Positions 12,001-23,949 of a DNA stretch of 64,000 nucleotides are shown piece after piece. The notes beneath the pieces were generated by a model. It was not told the origin of the DNA. It worked only from the letters and a program-made list of their open reading frames with translations, and made no database searches. The position numbers and the translations under genes were made by a program. Position 1 is the stretch's first letter, and every line of letters starts with the position of its first letter. Origin of the DNA: Eutreptiella sp. 'Long Island Sound 2002' (lineage: Eukaryota; Protista; Euglenida); contig OZ038378.1 of the NCBI GenBank assembly GCA_964036045.1, forward strand, positions 161,262,001 through 161,326,000, given 5' to 3'.

Positions 12001-15000
12001 AGTGGGACCAGTTGGAAACAGGTGGGGAAAACCGGCAAAAATTGGGACCAAGTGGGACCAAGTGGAAACAGGTGGGGAAAACTTGGAAAAATTGGGACTA
12101 AGTGGGACCAAGTGGAAACAGGTGGGGAAAACTGGGGAAAATTGGGACTAAGTGGGACCAAGTGGAAACAGGTGGGGAAAACTGGGGGAAATTGGGACTA
12201 AGTGGGACCAAGTGGAAACATGTGGGGAAAACTGGGAAAAATTGGGACTAAGTGGGACCAAGTCGAAACAGGTGGGGAAAACTGGGAAACATTGGGACTA
12301 AGTGGGACCAAGTGGAAACAGTTGGTCAAAACTGGCAAAAATTGGGACCAAGCGGGACCAAGTGGAAACAGGTGGGGAAAACTGGGGAAAATTAGGACTA
12401 AGTGGGACCAAGTGGAAACACGTGGGGAAAACTGGGAAAAATTGGGACTAAGTGGGACCAAGTGGAAATGGGTGGGGAAAGCTGGGAAAAATTGGGACTA
12501 AGTTGGACCAAGTGGAAACAGGTGGGGAAAAGTGGGGAAAATTGGGACTAAGTTGGACCAAGTGGAAACAGGTGGGGAAAACTGGGAAAAATTGGGACTA
12601 AGTGGGACCAAGTGGAAACAGGTGGGGAAAACTGGGAAAAATTGGGACTAAGTGGGACCAAGTGGAAACAGGTGGGGAAAACTGGGAAAAAGTGGGACCA
12701 AGTGGAAACAGGTGGGGAAAACTAGGAAAAATTGGGACTGAGTGGGACCAAGTGGAAACATTCCCCACCTGTTTCCACTTGGTCCCACTGGGTCTGAATT
12801 TTTCCCAGTTTTCCCCATCTGTTTCCACTTGGTCCAACTTAGTCCCAATTTTTACCAGTTTTCCCCACCTGTTTCCACTTGGTCCCACTTAGTCCCAATT
12901 TTTCCCAGTTTTCCCCACCTGTTTCGACTTGGTCCCACTTAATCCCAATTTTCCCCAGTTTTCCCCACCTGTTTCCACTTGGTCCCACTTAGTTCCAATT
13001 TTCCCCAGTTTTCCCCACCTGTTTCCACTTGGTCCCATTTGGTCCCAATTTTACCCAGTTTTCCCCACCTGTTTGCACTTGGTCCCACTTAGTCCCAATT
13101 TTCCCCATTTTTCCCCACCTGTTTCCACTTGGTCCCACTTAGTCCCAATTTTTCCCAGTTTTCCCCACCTGTTTGCACTTGCTCCCACTTAGTCCCAATT
13201 TTTCCCAGTTTTCCCCACCTGTTTCCACTTGGTCCCACTTAGTCCCAATTTTTCCCAGCTTTCCCCACCTGTTTCCACTTGGTCCCACTTAGTCCCCATT
13301 TTCCCCAAATTTTCCCCATCTGTTTCCACTTGGTCCCACTTAGTCCCAATTTTCCCCGGTTTTCCCCACCTGTTTCCACTTGGTGCCACTTAGTCCCAAT
13401 TTTCTCCAGTTTTCCCCACCTGTTTCCACTTGGTCCCACTTGGTCCCAATTTTTCCAGTTTTCCCCACCTGTTTCCACTTGGTCCCACTTAGTCCCAATT
13501 TTCCCCAGTTTTCCCCACCTGTTTCCACCTGGTCCCACTTAGTCCCAATTTTCCCCAGTTTTCCCCACCTGTTTCCACTTGGTCCCACTTGGTCCCAATT
13601 TTTCCCAGTTTTCCCCACCTGTTTCCACTTGGTCCCACTTAGTCCCAATGTTACCCAGTTTTCCCCACCTGTTTCGACTTGGTCCCACTTAGTCCCAATT
13701 TTCCCCAGTTTTCCCCACCTGTTTGCACTTGGTCCCACTTAGTCCCAATTTTTCCCAGTTTTCCCCACCTGTTTCCACTTGGTCCAACTTAGTCCCAATT
13801 TTTCCCAGTTTTCCCCACCTGTTTCCACTTGGTCCCACTTGGTCCCAATTTTCCCCAGTTTTCCCCACCCGTTTCCACTTGGTCCCACTTAGTCCCAATT
13901 TTTCCAAGTTTTCCCCACCTGTTTCCACTTGGTCCCACTTGGTCCCAATTTTCCCCAGTTTTCCCCACATGTTTCCACTTGGTACCACTTAGTCCCAATT
14001 TTTCCCAGTCTTCCCCACCTGTTTCCACTTGGTCCCACTTAGTCCCAATTTTCCCCAGTTTTCCCCACCTGTTTCCACTTGGTCCCACTTAGTCCCAATT
14101 TTTCCAAGTTTTCCCCACCCGTTTCCACTTGGTCCCACTTAGTCCCAATTTTCCCCAGTTTTCCCCACATGTTTCCACTTGGTCCAACTTAGTCCAAATT
14201 TTTCCCAGTTTTCCCCATCCGTTTCCACTTGGTCCAACTTAGTCCTAATTTTTCCCAGTTTTCCTCACCTGTTTCCACTTGGTCCGACTCAGTCCCAATT
14301 TTTCCCAGTTTTCCCCACATGTTTCCACTTGGTCCCACTTCTTCGCAATTTTTCCCAGTTTTCCCCACCTGTTTCCACTTGGTCCCACTTAGTCCCAATT
14401 TTCCCCAATTTTCCCCACCTGTCTCCACTTGGTCCCACTTAGTCCCCATTTTCCCAGTTTTCCCTACCGGTTTCCACTTGGTCCCACTTAGTCCCAATTT
14501 TTCCCAGTTTTCCCCACTTGTTTCCACTTGGTCCCACTTAGTCCCAATTTTCCCCATTTTTCTGCACCTGTTTCCACTTGGTCCCACTTAGTCCCAATTT
14601 TCCCCAGTTTTCCCCACCTGTTTCCACTTGGTCCCACTTAGTCCCAATTTTTCCCAGTTTTCCCCACCTGTTTCCACTTGGTCCCACTTGGTCCCAATTT
14701 TCCCCAGTTTTCCCCACCTGTTTCCACTTGGTCCAACTTAGTTTCAATTTTTCCCAGTTTTCCCCCTGTTTCCACTTGGTCCCATTTAGTCCCAATTTTT
14801 CCAAGTTTTCCCCATCTTTTTCCACTTGGTCCACCTTAGTCCCGATTTTTCGCAGTTTTCCCCACCTGTTTCCACTTGGTCCCACTTAGTCCCAATTTTT
14901 CCCAGTTTTCCCCACCTGTTTCCACTTGGTCCCACTTAGTCCCAATTTTTCCCAGCTTTCCCCACCTGTTTCCACTTGGTCCCACTTAGTCCCAATTCAA

Positions 15001-16730
15001 TTTTCCCCACCTGTTTCCACTTGGTCCCACTTAGTCCCAATTTTTCCCACTTTTCCCCACTTGTTTCCACTTGGTCCCACTTAGTCCCAATTTTTCCCAG
15101 TTTTCCCCACCTGTTTCCACTTGGTCCCACTTGGTCCCAATTTTCCTCAGTTTTCCCCACCTGTTTCCACTTGGTCCAACGTAGTCACAATTTTTCCCAG
15201 TTTTCCCCACCTGTTTCGACTTGGTCCCACTCAGTCCCAATTTTCCCCAATTTTCCCCACCTGTTTCCACTTGGTCCCACTTGGTCCCAATTTTTCCAGT
15301 TTTCCCCACCTGTTTCCACTTGGTCCCACTTGGTCCCAATTTTTCCCAGTTTTCCCCACCTGTTTCCACTTGGTCCCACTTAGTCCCAATGTTTCCCAGT
15401 TTTCCCCAACTGTTTCCACTTGGTCCAACTTAGTCCCAATTTTCCCCAGTTTTGCCCACCTGTTTCCACTTGGTCCCACTTAGTCCCAATTTTTCCAAGT
15501 TTTCCCCACCTGTTTCCACTTGGTCCCACTTGGTCCCAATTTTCCCCAGTTTTCCCCACATGTTTCCACTTGGTACCACTTAGTCCCAATTTTTCCCAGT
15601 CTTCCCCACCTGTTTCCACTTGGTCCCACTTAGTCCCAATTTTCCCCAGTTTTCCCCACCTGTTTCCACTTGGTCCCACTTAGTCCCAATTTTTCCAAGT
15701 TTTCCCCACCCGTTTCCACTTGGTCCCACTTAGTCCCAATTTTCCCGAGTTTTCCCCACATGTTTCCACTTGGTCCCACTTAGTCCCAATTTTTCCCAGT
15801 TTTCCCCATCCGTTTCCACTTGGTCCAACTTAGTCCCAATTTTTCCCAGTTTTCCTCACCTGTTTCCACTTGGTCCGACTCAGTCCCAATTTTTCCCAGT
15901 TTTCCCCACATGTTTCGACTTGGTCCCACTTAGTCGCAATTTTTCCCAGTTTTCCCCACATGGTTCCACTTGGTCCCACTTAGTCCCAATTTTCCCCAAT
16001 TTTCCCCACCTGTTTCCACTTGGTCCCACTTAGTCCCCATTTTCCCAGTTTTCCCCACCGGTTTCCACTTGGTCCCACTTAGTCCCAATTTTTCCCAGCT
16101 TTCCCCACTTGTTTCCACTTGGTCCCACTTAGTCCCAATTTTCCCCATTTTTCTGCACCTGTTTCCACTTGGTCCCACTTAGTCCCAATTTTCCCCAGTT
16201 TTCCCCACCTGTTTCCACTTGGTCCCACTTAGTCCCAATTTTTCCAAGTTTTCCCCACCTGTTTCCACTTGGTCCCACTTTGTCCCAATTTTTCCCAGCT
16301 TTTTGCCAACTGTTTCCACTTGGTCCCACTTAGTCCCAATTTTTCCCAGTTTTCCCCACATGTTTCCACTTGGTCCCACTTAGTCCTATTTTTTCTCAGT
16401 ATTCCCCACCTGATTCCACTTGGTCCCACTTGGTCCCAATTTTCCCCAGTTTTCCCCACCTGTTTCCACTTGGTCCAACTTAGTCCCAATTTTCCCCAGT
16501 TTTCCCCACCTGTTTCCACTTGGTCCCACTTGATCCCAATTTTTCCCAGTTTTCCCCACCTGTTTCCACTTGGTCCCACTTGGTTGCAATTTTCCCCAGC
16601 TTTCCCCACCTGTTTCCAGTGGGTCCAACTTAGTCCCGATTTTTCCAAGCTTTCCCCACCCGTTTCCACTTGGTCCCACTTAGTCCCAATTTTCCCCAGC
16701 TTTCCCCACCTGTTTCCACTTGGTCCCACT
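1..16730. repeat. 50-bp tandem satellite array (about 330 monomers; runs off the left edge of the window)
   Basis: Monomer CCCACTTAGT CCCAATTTTT CCCAGTTTTC CCCACCTGTT TCCACTTGGT repeats continuously, with point variants and occasional loss of 10-20-bp subunits. It ends abruptly at 16730 (...tggtcccact|cgggagcc). Confidence 0.98.
9630..12760 (-). repeat. Inverted block of the same 50-bp satellite (G-rich strand on +)
   Basis: Sequence switches to AAGTGGGACC AAGTGGAAAC AGGTGGGGAA AACTGGGAAA AATTGGGACT at 9630 and switches back at 12761. Confidence 0.97.
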
Positions 16731-19318
16731 CGGGAGCCGGGGAGGCGTACCGGGCCCATACGGCGATGGCGCTCAACCGCATGTGTCACAACCAGGTGTG
16801 GGAGGTGAGACGCGTGTGTTGGCATTCGGTGGCCAGGGTGCAGAAGGAGGAGAATATGTGCCCGGAGTGGGTGTGGAGGAGGAAGTGGCGGCTGGGCAGC
16901 AGAGGTGAGCGGATGTGGGGCACACTCCAGGCTGTGCTTCCGGGAGGGGAACACATGCTGGCAGTGAACAGGAGGTGTCGGCAGAAAGGACCCCTAGTGG
17001 TCCAGGAGATAGACCTGGGAGGAGGAACGGCAGGACAGTTGCGGACAGTGGAGCTCGAAGGGGAGAGCGTTTGGGTCCTGCATGTACGCCGACAACACCT
17101 CCGCATGCTCGCAAGGGCGAGGATACACCACGCGACGTTCATCCGGCGCGGCAAGGTGGTGCCCAAACGGGAGTTCAGGGTGATAATGAACAGAGGCAAG
17201 GGCGGAGGGGACCGCGGGCGGTGGAACAGGAAGGTGGACGCCATGTGGGGGTGGTGGAGTCGACGTAGGTGGCGGAACTGGACTGACACGGAGGATAAGC
17301 GGGGAGACGAGCAGCCCACGGCGCCGTTGACCCCGCTGCGCAGGGCCCGACACGCGGACCTCCTGTGCGTCCCCCTCCGGCTCAAAGGGCCGAGGGGACA
17401 AATTCACGTGGCGGGCGAGGGGTGGTGGCAGGTCCAGGAGCACAAGTTCAGGGGGGACAACATCTCCAAGGATGGAAAGGGGGTGCGAAAGGAATGCTGG
17501 AAATGTGATGAAGCGGGGGCGGGAGTGCCGTGGCCCGTACTGGAACTCGTGAAGATGGCGATGCCGCAGTCCACCCTGCGGGCGCCGGAGGAGGTGCGAG
17601 CATGGTGGAGACCCGTACTCCGACCGGGCGCGGAGTACGATGCCGCGGAGGAAGGTGGCTGTGTGGATGAGGCAGGGGGCACGGTACGGTGGGGTGGAGC
17701 GTGGGGTCCTGGGGAGTGGGGGGTGCACTTCCGGAGAGGGGGCCTCCGCCCCCAGGACGCCGGAGGTATCAGCTTCAAAGTGGAGGATGCCGGCCGTCCG
17801 GGTGAGGAGGACCCGGTGTGCAAGGTGGGGCACGAGTGTCGCCCGGCTACGGGGGAGCGCATCAGCGTATTCACCAGGGGCCTGCCGGACGGCATGACGT
17901 GGCTCATGGCGGCGATATATGCCTACCTGGTCTAGGGCCGAGCCGAGGGCCAACACACCGTACGAGTCACGGACGATATGTGGGGGCTGCTGGGAGGGCC
18001 GAAGGTTCTGCAGGGGATTCCGGGGCTCGGAGTGAAGAGGGGAACACAAGGGCAAGCGGTGGGCCGACACACGCTCTACTGCCATTACCCGGCGGATGTA
18101 TGCAAGCTGCCGGAGGCGAATGGACGGAGGGCAGTGGTCTTCCTGGACGGCGCGGGACTCGAGCAGCGGAGGCTGGAACCGGAGGTCACCGAACTGTGGT
18201 TGGTCGTGGATGCAGAAGCGGACATGGCCACACTACGTAGGGTGGCGGACAAGCCGATGCATGAATACCTGGGTACTGGGCAGGCCACGCAGGTGTTCGA
18301 GCTCTGGGCGGCGTTGGAGGATCGGCATACCCCGGTGACGATCCATGTGGTTAAGCAGGAGTCCCACAGGTGCTCAACGGGGAACCATAAGGCGGATGCC
18401 GAAGCGGGGCGCGTGATCAAGACGGGTGAACCGGTATGGCGGTCACCACCGAGATCGGAACACCTGCATCTAGTCTTGGTCCCACCAAAAGCAGAGAGGG
18501 GCATGTGGGTGCACGGCGGGGAACGAAGGAAAGGTGACATCCGCACGTACCCCCAACCGGTACATATGCTTGCACATCAACGCGGAGGACCGCGGATGCA
18601 GTGGGTGGACGAATACCTCCGGGGGAAGGCGGGGGTGTCCAGCATCCGATACCCAAACCCCCTGAAGCCAGAGGACCTGCCGAAGCACTTACAGGCGAGG
18701 GGGCTACAGGCCCTGACCGGACAGGTCCCTGTGCGGGACACGGTTCTGCGGTGGTACAGGCACCTAGAGATTGCCGTATCGGAGGAGTATGGCATGTGCC
18801 ACTGTGGGCAGGCCCGGGAGACGTACGAGCACTTCCTCGGCTGCCAGGAGTACGCGCACATTAAGGGGGGCCTTCACATGCAGATGGTACAGGCGGCGAA
18901 TGTGAGGTGGCGAAAAAGGGGCGAAAAGGGGGTGGCAGCGGCGGAACGCGCGATGGGTGCACACCGAAGGGCCCTCTTCCACATGGTGGTGAGCAGTGAT
19001 ATGTGGGCGACCCTTACCGCACACTACGCAGCGCCGGAGGACATGGCCAGGAGGTTACTGCGACGGGCGGTGGAGCACCTGCACGAAAGGATGCAGTACC
19101 GAGCGGAGATGCTGGATGCCAGATTGGAGCGGCTGGCGTGCGCGCGCACCAGGGCGGTCGAAGGCACAGTGATCCGCTACAGGCGGCTCCTCCGGCTGGA
19201 CGCGGTGGGGGAGCCCGACTGGACGGAGAAGCGCGAGGGGACGGGGCACGGCGGCGCATCGCAAGCCCCACCCCTCAAGCGGCGCAAGGTACGGAGAATA
19301 CGGCGGGTGCAGGAGTAG
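16731..19318 (+). pseudogene. LINE ORF2 C-terminal half (post-RT region, RNase H-like domain, zf-RVT-like CCHC)
   Basis: ORFs 16670..17935 and 17978..19318 are in the same frame, separated by one TAG (17933-17935). Motifs: VVFLDGAG, LWLVVDA and VVKQESH...GNHKAD (RNase H), and CHCGQARETYEHFLGC (C-x-C...ET..H...C, typical of LINE ORF2 ends). Confidence 0.75.
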
Positions 19319-19490
19319 AAGCGGGCGAGGAGCAGAGAGGGAGGTGGCGAAGAACGAGACCAGCGGCTGACAAGGAGATGAACGGCGGACGAGGCGGACA
19401 CCGCTATGACGTACGGGGCACCATGGCGCGGACTGGTAGGATCACCGGTGCGCATGACCCCCCCCCCTCCCCTCCGAAAAAAAAAGCAAA
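16731..19490 (+). mobile_element. 5'-truncated non-LTR (LINE-like) retrotransposon: C-terminal ORF2, 3' UTR and A-rich tail
   Basis: One reading frame runs to 19318 with RNase H-like motifs and a C-terminal zinc-finger motif. An A-run (ccgaaaaaaaaagcaaaa) lies at about 19476-19490. No RT core (YADD) is visible, so the element is truncated at the satellite border. Confidence 0.72.
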
Positions 19491-19653
19491 ACACACGGGA
19501 CACCAACACGCAGCGCGCGTGCAACCGGCGAAAACGGGGGGGGGGGGTGATTCAGCACGCCGTGCGCACCGAAGAGAACCGCACGACGCCCCCCCCCCCA
19601 CGCGGAGCCGCCCGACACACCCCGGCCGCCTCCTGTGCATTACAGGCAGCCCA

Positions 19654-22074
19654 TCATGCCCGAGACGCCCAACACCGCCGCCCCCACCGCCCCCACGACC
19701 GCCCCGGCCACGGGGGCGGCGGGCGGCCGCGCCCCGGGGCCGAGTCCCCCCCCCCGGCCCGTGGACGGACAACGAGGAGATTTCCTCGGGGCTGGGGGGG
19801 TGCACGGCGTCGGCCGTGAGCTCGGTGCCGGTGAGCTCCCCGACTGCCGGAGGAAGCGGACAGCTTCATGAACATGCTGAACGCGGAGGCGGAACCGGAC
19901 CTGGTCGCGGGGGCGGGGGAGCCGCGAGTGCGGTCGGCGGAGCCGGCACACGGCGGAGCGGGGGGCGGAGAGGGGGATGGGGCCGGGGGGGGGGGGGTGG
20001 TGGCAGAGGGCCAGAGGGTGGAGGGGGGGCCCAAGGCGCCGCCCAGCCCCCCCGTGCAACAAGGACAGATGAAGTCTGTCCTGGCGCACGTGGGAGCGGG
20101 GACAGGGAAGGGGGGGGGCAAGGGCCGAGGCTGGCAACCACAAACGAAGTTGCAGGCCCACCTGAACCCGAGCCACGTCAAGGTGACGGGTGCTGGAGGC
20201 GCAGGGGGGGGGGCAACGGTGGTAAGTGGGGGACCGCCACACGCAAGGAGCGCCGGAAGGGCTGGCGGGAGCAGGGGCGGAGGGGGTAAGGGGAAAGGCC
20301 GGGAGACAAAAGGGGTGGGGGTGGGGGGGGGGGGGGGCAGCCCCCGTCGCCCCCCAGAATGGCGAAGACACGGGAGGCAATGGAGTTGAGGGAGAGGCTG
20401 CAGCGTCAGTACGTGGCGCTTGAAAACATGCGGCACCACCGGCGGCCCCCGACCCCCCCGCCCGCCCAAATTTTCGAGCTGAGGGCTGCACCTCCGGCAG
20501 GGCCTCCCCCACCCCCGACAATGCCCCCCCCCGCCTCCGAAAGTGCCCCCCCCCGCCCACGGCGTCGCCCCCCCCCGCCGGAGCGGAGGGGGGAGGACGT
20601 GCGGAGCGCCGATGCATCGGCGGTGCCGCCCCCCCCTGAGGCACCGCGACCGAACGAGGGGCACGGCGGGCACGAACCCACAGGGGGTGCGGGCAAGGGG
20701 ATGCAGCACCCAGGGGAGATGGGTAAGGGTAACTGGGGCAAAGGGTGGAGCCAGTGGGGAGGAAAGGGGGGCCAGGAGGGTGGCAGAGGCAAGGGGAAAG
20801 GGGGATGGGGGTGGGCACAACCGCCCCAGGGCGCCCCGGGGAATATGGGAGGGTGGCCGGGTACGGGGGGAAGACCACCCCCCCCCCGCCCCGCCTTATA
20901 CCTATAGCCTCTCGTACACCCCCACGGGTATGCGAGAGGGCGCGCTGGGGAAGGAGATCGAAGGCCTCAGGCGGCAGCTGCGGCAGCAACAAGAGCGGCT
21001 GAGAGACGCGGAGCAGGCGAAGATGGGACTCGAAGAGCGCTTGCGGCAGGCGTCGGGGGCAGTGGCGGCGGAGAGGATGGGTGCGGCGGCCGAGCAGGAG
21101 CGGGGTCGTGCGGCAGTGGAGGCGGAGCGGCGGCTCGGTAGAGAGTGCGCGGCGCGGTGGACGGAGGCGGCGGAGAGGTGGGGTAAGCAAGCAGAGGAAC
21201 GTGCCCTGGAGGCGGCCCAGCTGAAGGGGCGGATGGAGGCAAAGCAGGAGGAAATCGAGCGACTGCGCGGGATGCTGGAGGAGCAGAAGGGGCAGGGGAG
21301 GGGGGGGGCGAGAGGCGGCGGGCTCGAGGACCCCGATCCGGACACGGTCACGGAGGCCGACACGTCGAGCTCGGAGCCAAGCGAAGGGGAGGGGCGAGGG
21401 GGGGGCGGAGGCGATGGTAAGAGGGGAAGGGCCGGAAAGGGGGGCGGGTACGGAGGGGGGGGGGGTCAAGAGAGAGGCCACGGGGGCGGACGACCCCAGG
21501 CCGAGCAAGCGACACAGGCTTGCAACCCCCCCCCCCCAAGCGGAGGTCACGCACTACGAACCCCGCGTCCCAACCGCATGGCTAGCGCCCTTCCCCCCCC
21601 GAAGCCCCGCCGGGCCGCGGCGTGGCACCCCGGTACCAGGGGGTGGGGTACGAGTCAAGATAGAGACGGAAGAGATAGGGGTGGGCACGGAGGAAGAGGA
21701 TCGGTGGGGTGCCAGGGAAAGAGGGCAGTGCGGCAGCGTGGAAAATGGGGTCGACTCGGGGGTGGGGGGACAGTGCCGTAGCAGAGCTGGCCCGATATGT
21801 TCACTGGGCGGGGCGGGCCAAGGGAAAAGACCAACCCATGACCACGACGCTGGGCGAAGTGGTGGAGCGACAAGGGGAGCAACAGGAGGTCCCCAAGCAG
21901 ATGGCGAGAGGCGACTGGGTGGAGCTCCTCCACCAGGTCCTCCCGGAGTTGGACACGGGGGACCGGAGGCAAATGGCGGACAGGAAAGTGGTGGGGCAGA
22001 TGCGGCAGATGCTGGAGGCGGAGGGGAGATACCAGCTGAGACACGACCGGAGGTGTTGGGTGCGGTCCCCCTAG
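19654..22074 (+). pseudogene. Long low-complexity, coiled-coil ORF1/gag-like coding relic, broken into several frames
   Basis: Joinable segments: ATG 19654 (MPETPNTAAP), 19868..20389, 20359..20907 (Pro-rich, GKGKGG), the E/R/A/Q coiled coil at about 20930-21290 (KEIEGLRRQLRQQQERLRDAEQ...), and the final block 21709..22074. Frame breaks fall at poly-G/poly-C runs. Identity as ORF1 is inference. Confidence 0.5.
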
Positions 22075-23949
22075 AGGGCCCGGGGGGAGGACAGGGATAG
22101 GGACAGGGGTGGAGACCACGGCCGGAGCGGCGGACGAAGAAAGGACTGGGATAGGGGCGGGGATATGGGCAGACGCGGGGGTGGGGACTGGGACCCGCGC
22201 GGGGGACACGGGGGGGGAACAGACCGGGTAAGGGGGGAGAGCGGGGGGAGGACGAGGAGCCCAGCCCGGAACGAGGGCAGAAACAGCGGCGCGGGGGGGG
22301 GGGGGGCGGGTACGGGGGCGGGGGTCAGACGGGGCGCAGGGGAGGCGGAGAGCACGGACACGAAAGGCGGGGGGATCAGGAGGGGGACAGGTGGTGGGAC
22401 GGGGGAAGGGACCGGGGGTGGGAAAAGAGGGGGGGCTGGGGACGACATGGGGATGCGCCAAGGGGGGGTGACGGCCGACGCCAAGGCCCACCGATGGCCT
22501 AACCTGGATGGCGGACGTTAGCCCGGCATGAGGTGATGCGTTCGAGGCTAGGGGGGGCGCAGGAGGGGGCAGGGGCGGGGGCGGGGAAGGGCGGGGACCA
22601 GAGAGGGGGGGGGTGGGGGGCGCGCATCAACGGCTGCACCCTCCAAGCACTCCCCCGACCTCCACTGCAGCTCAATTACGCAGGACGGCCTATGCGGCGC
22701 ATTCTACCCCTTGGTTTTTCAGAACAGTACACCAAGACTTCCACATGCACCATGCACAGTGAGCCGAGCAACCCACACCCTCGCACAAGCAAGCCTTGGT
22801 GATGGTCCCGTCCAATCACAGTAGGGGGGGGTATATGCGCATTGACACCCCTGTTACTCTGTCAGCAGTTCAGCACATGGCCAGCAGGCCGTTCTGTGGG
22901 GCCAGAGATAGTCGCGAGGGGGGGGGGGGTTGCGAAGAGACTCAGAGACTAAGAGGCTCCACTGACCTCCACGCCCTGCTTGTGCCAGTGGGGGGCGCGC
23001 GTGTCATGACCACCGCCCAGGGAGCAGCGGAGGGCGGGTAGACATGCGCATGCGTCACACACCGAGCGCTGCTATGGGTCCCTTGGTCCACGAGGCTATG
23101 ACGCACACAGCCCAAACCCACCCCCCTGTCTACTGTCGACGACTTGCGAAGCCACGTCCCCCCCCCAGGGGTATAGGCGCGTGCTCTGCGCCGGGCGCGG
23201 GGACGACGCGGGGGGGATAGTGCGTACAGCGAAACGGAGAATAGCAGAGGAAGCCTGTCCCTATGCTAACCAGTGAGAGCTGACCGTCAGATAACCACAC
23301 TGTCCTCACGAGGCACCCTGGAGGGGCTAACGCATGGGCCAATCCACATCTGCTTGCACTTGGCACCCTGGTGGGGCGTGCGCGAGGCTTACCCGTTCAT
23401 GGTGCACTTGATGTACACACAGATCAGTGGCTGTGAGCCAGGGGCGCCGGGATGGGGCCTGGGCACGGTATGCCATACCGCCCCCTTGTGGTGCCGGACG
23501 CCCATCAGGGCTTAAGTGCGGGGTGCCAGGACCCAAGACCTGATGGACGCAAACAGCCAGTCACAATGAATGCCCAACGGTGCTTCCGGGCACACTGAGT
23601 AACGTTCGGTCCGCTGACAGGCGCCGCAGGAGTGCTGTGATGGCTTTTGATTAACAAGCCCGTGCGTGCTGCATGCCTTACGACAGGTGCGCCCCCCGGA
23701 GGAGAGACGCAAGAACCCCCCCATGTGACTCCCACCCCAGCCACTGTTGCCAAGGGCAGTGGAGAGCAGGGGCCCAGTGCCCGGGTACTGCCCAGAGTGC
23801 ACCCAGGGTCCAGGATCCCGCGGCACGCATACACGGAGACCCGACCTCGGCGGGAGGGGGGGACGGCGACACACGAGTGTGCGTGGCCCAGCACGGTACT
23901 AGCCCCAGCCTTAGTCTGCACGAACGCGCAAAGTCGTCATGGCTTCCGT

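Noticed and set aside
26-16700. Dozens of 60-240-aa ORFs (MVPLSPNFSQFSPP..., MGPSGNRWGKLGK...)
   Set aside because: They are translations of the 50-bp satellite; the frames repeat every 150 bp and give no evidence of protein coding.
1-16730. CRISPR array or telomere repeat
   Set aside because: There are no unique spacers; monomers are contiguous. The unit is not a short TTAGGG-type repeat, and the window continues into interstitial TEs.
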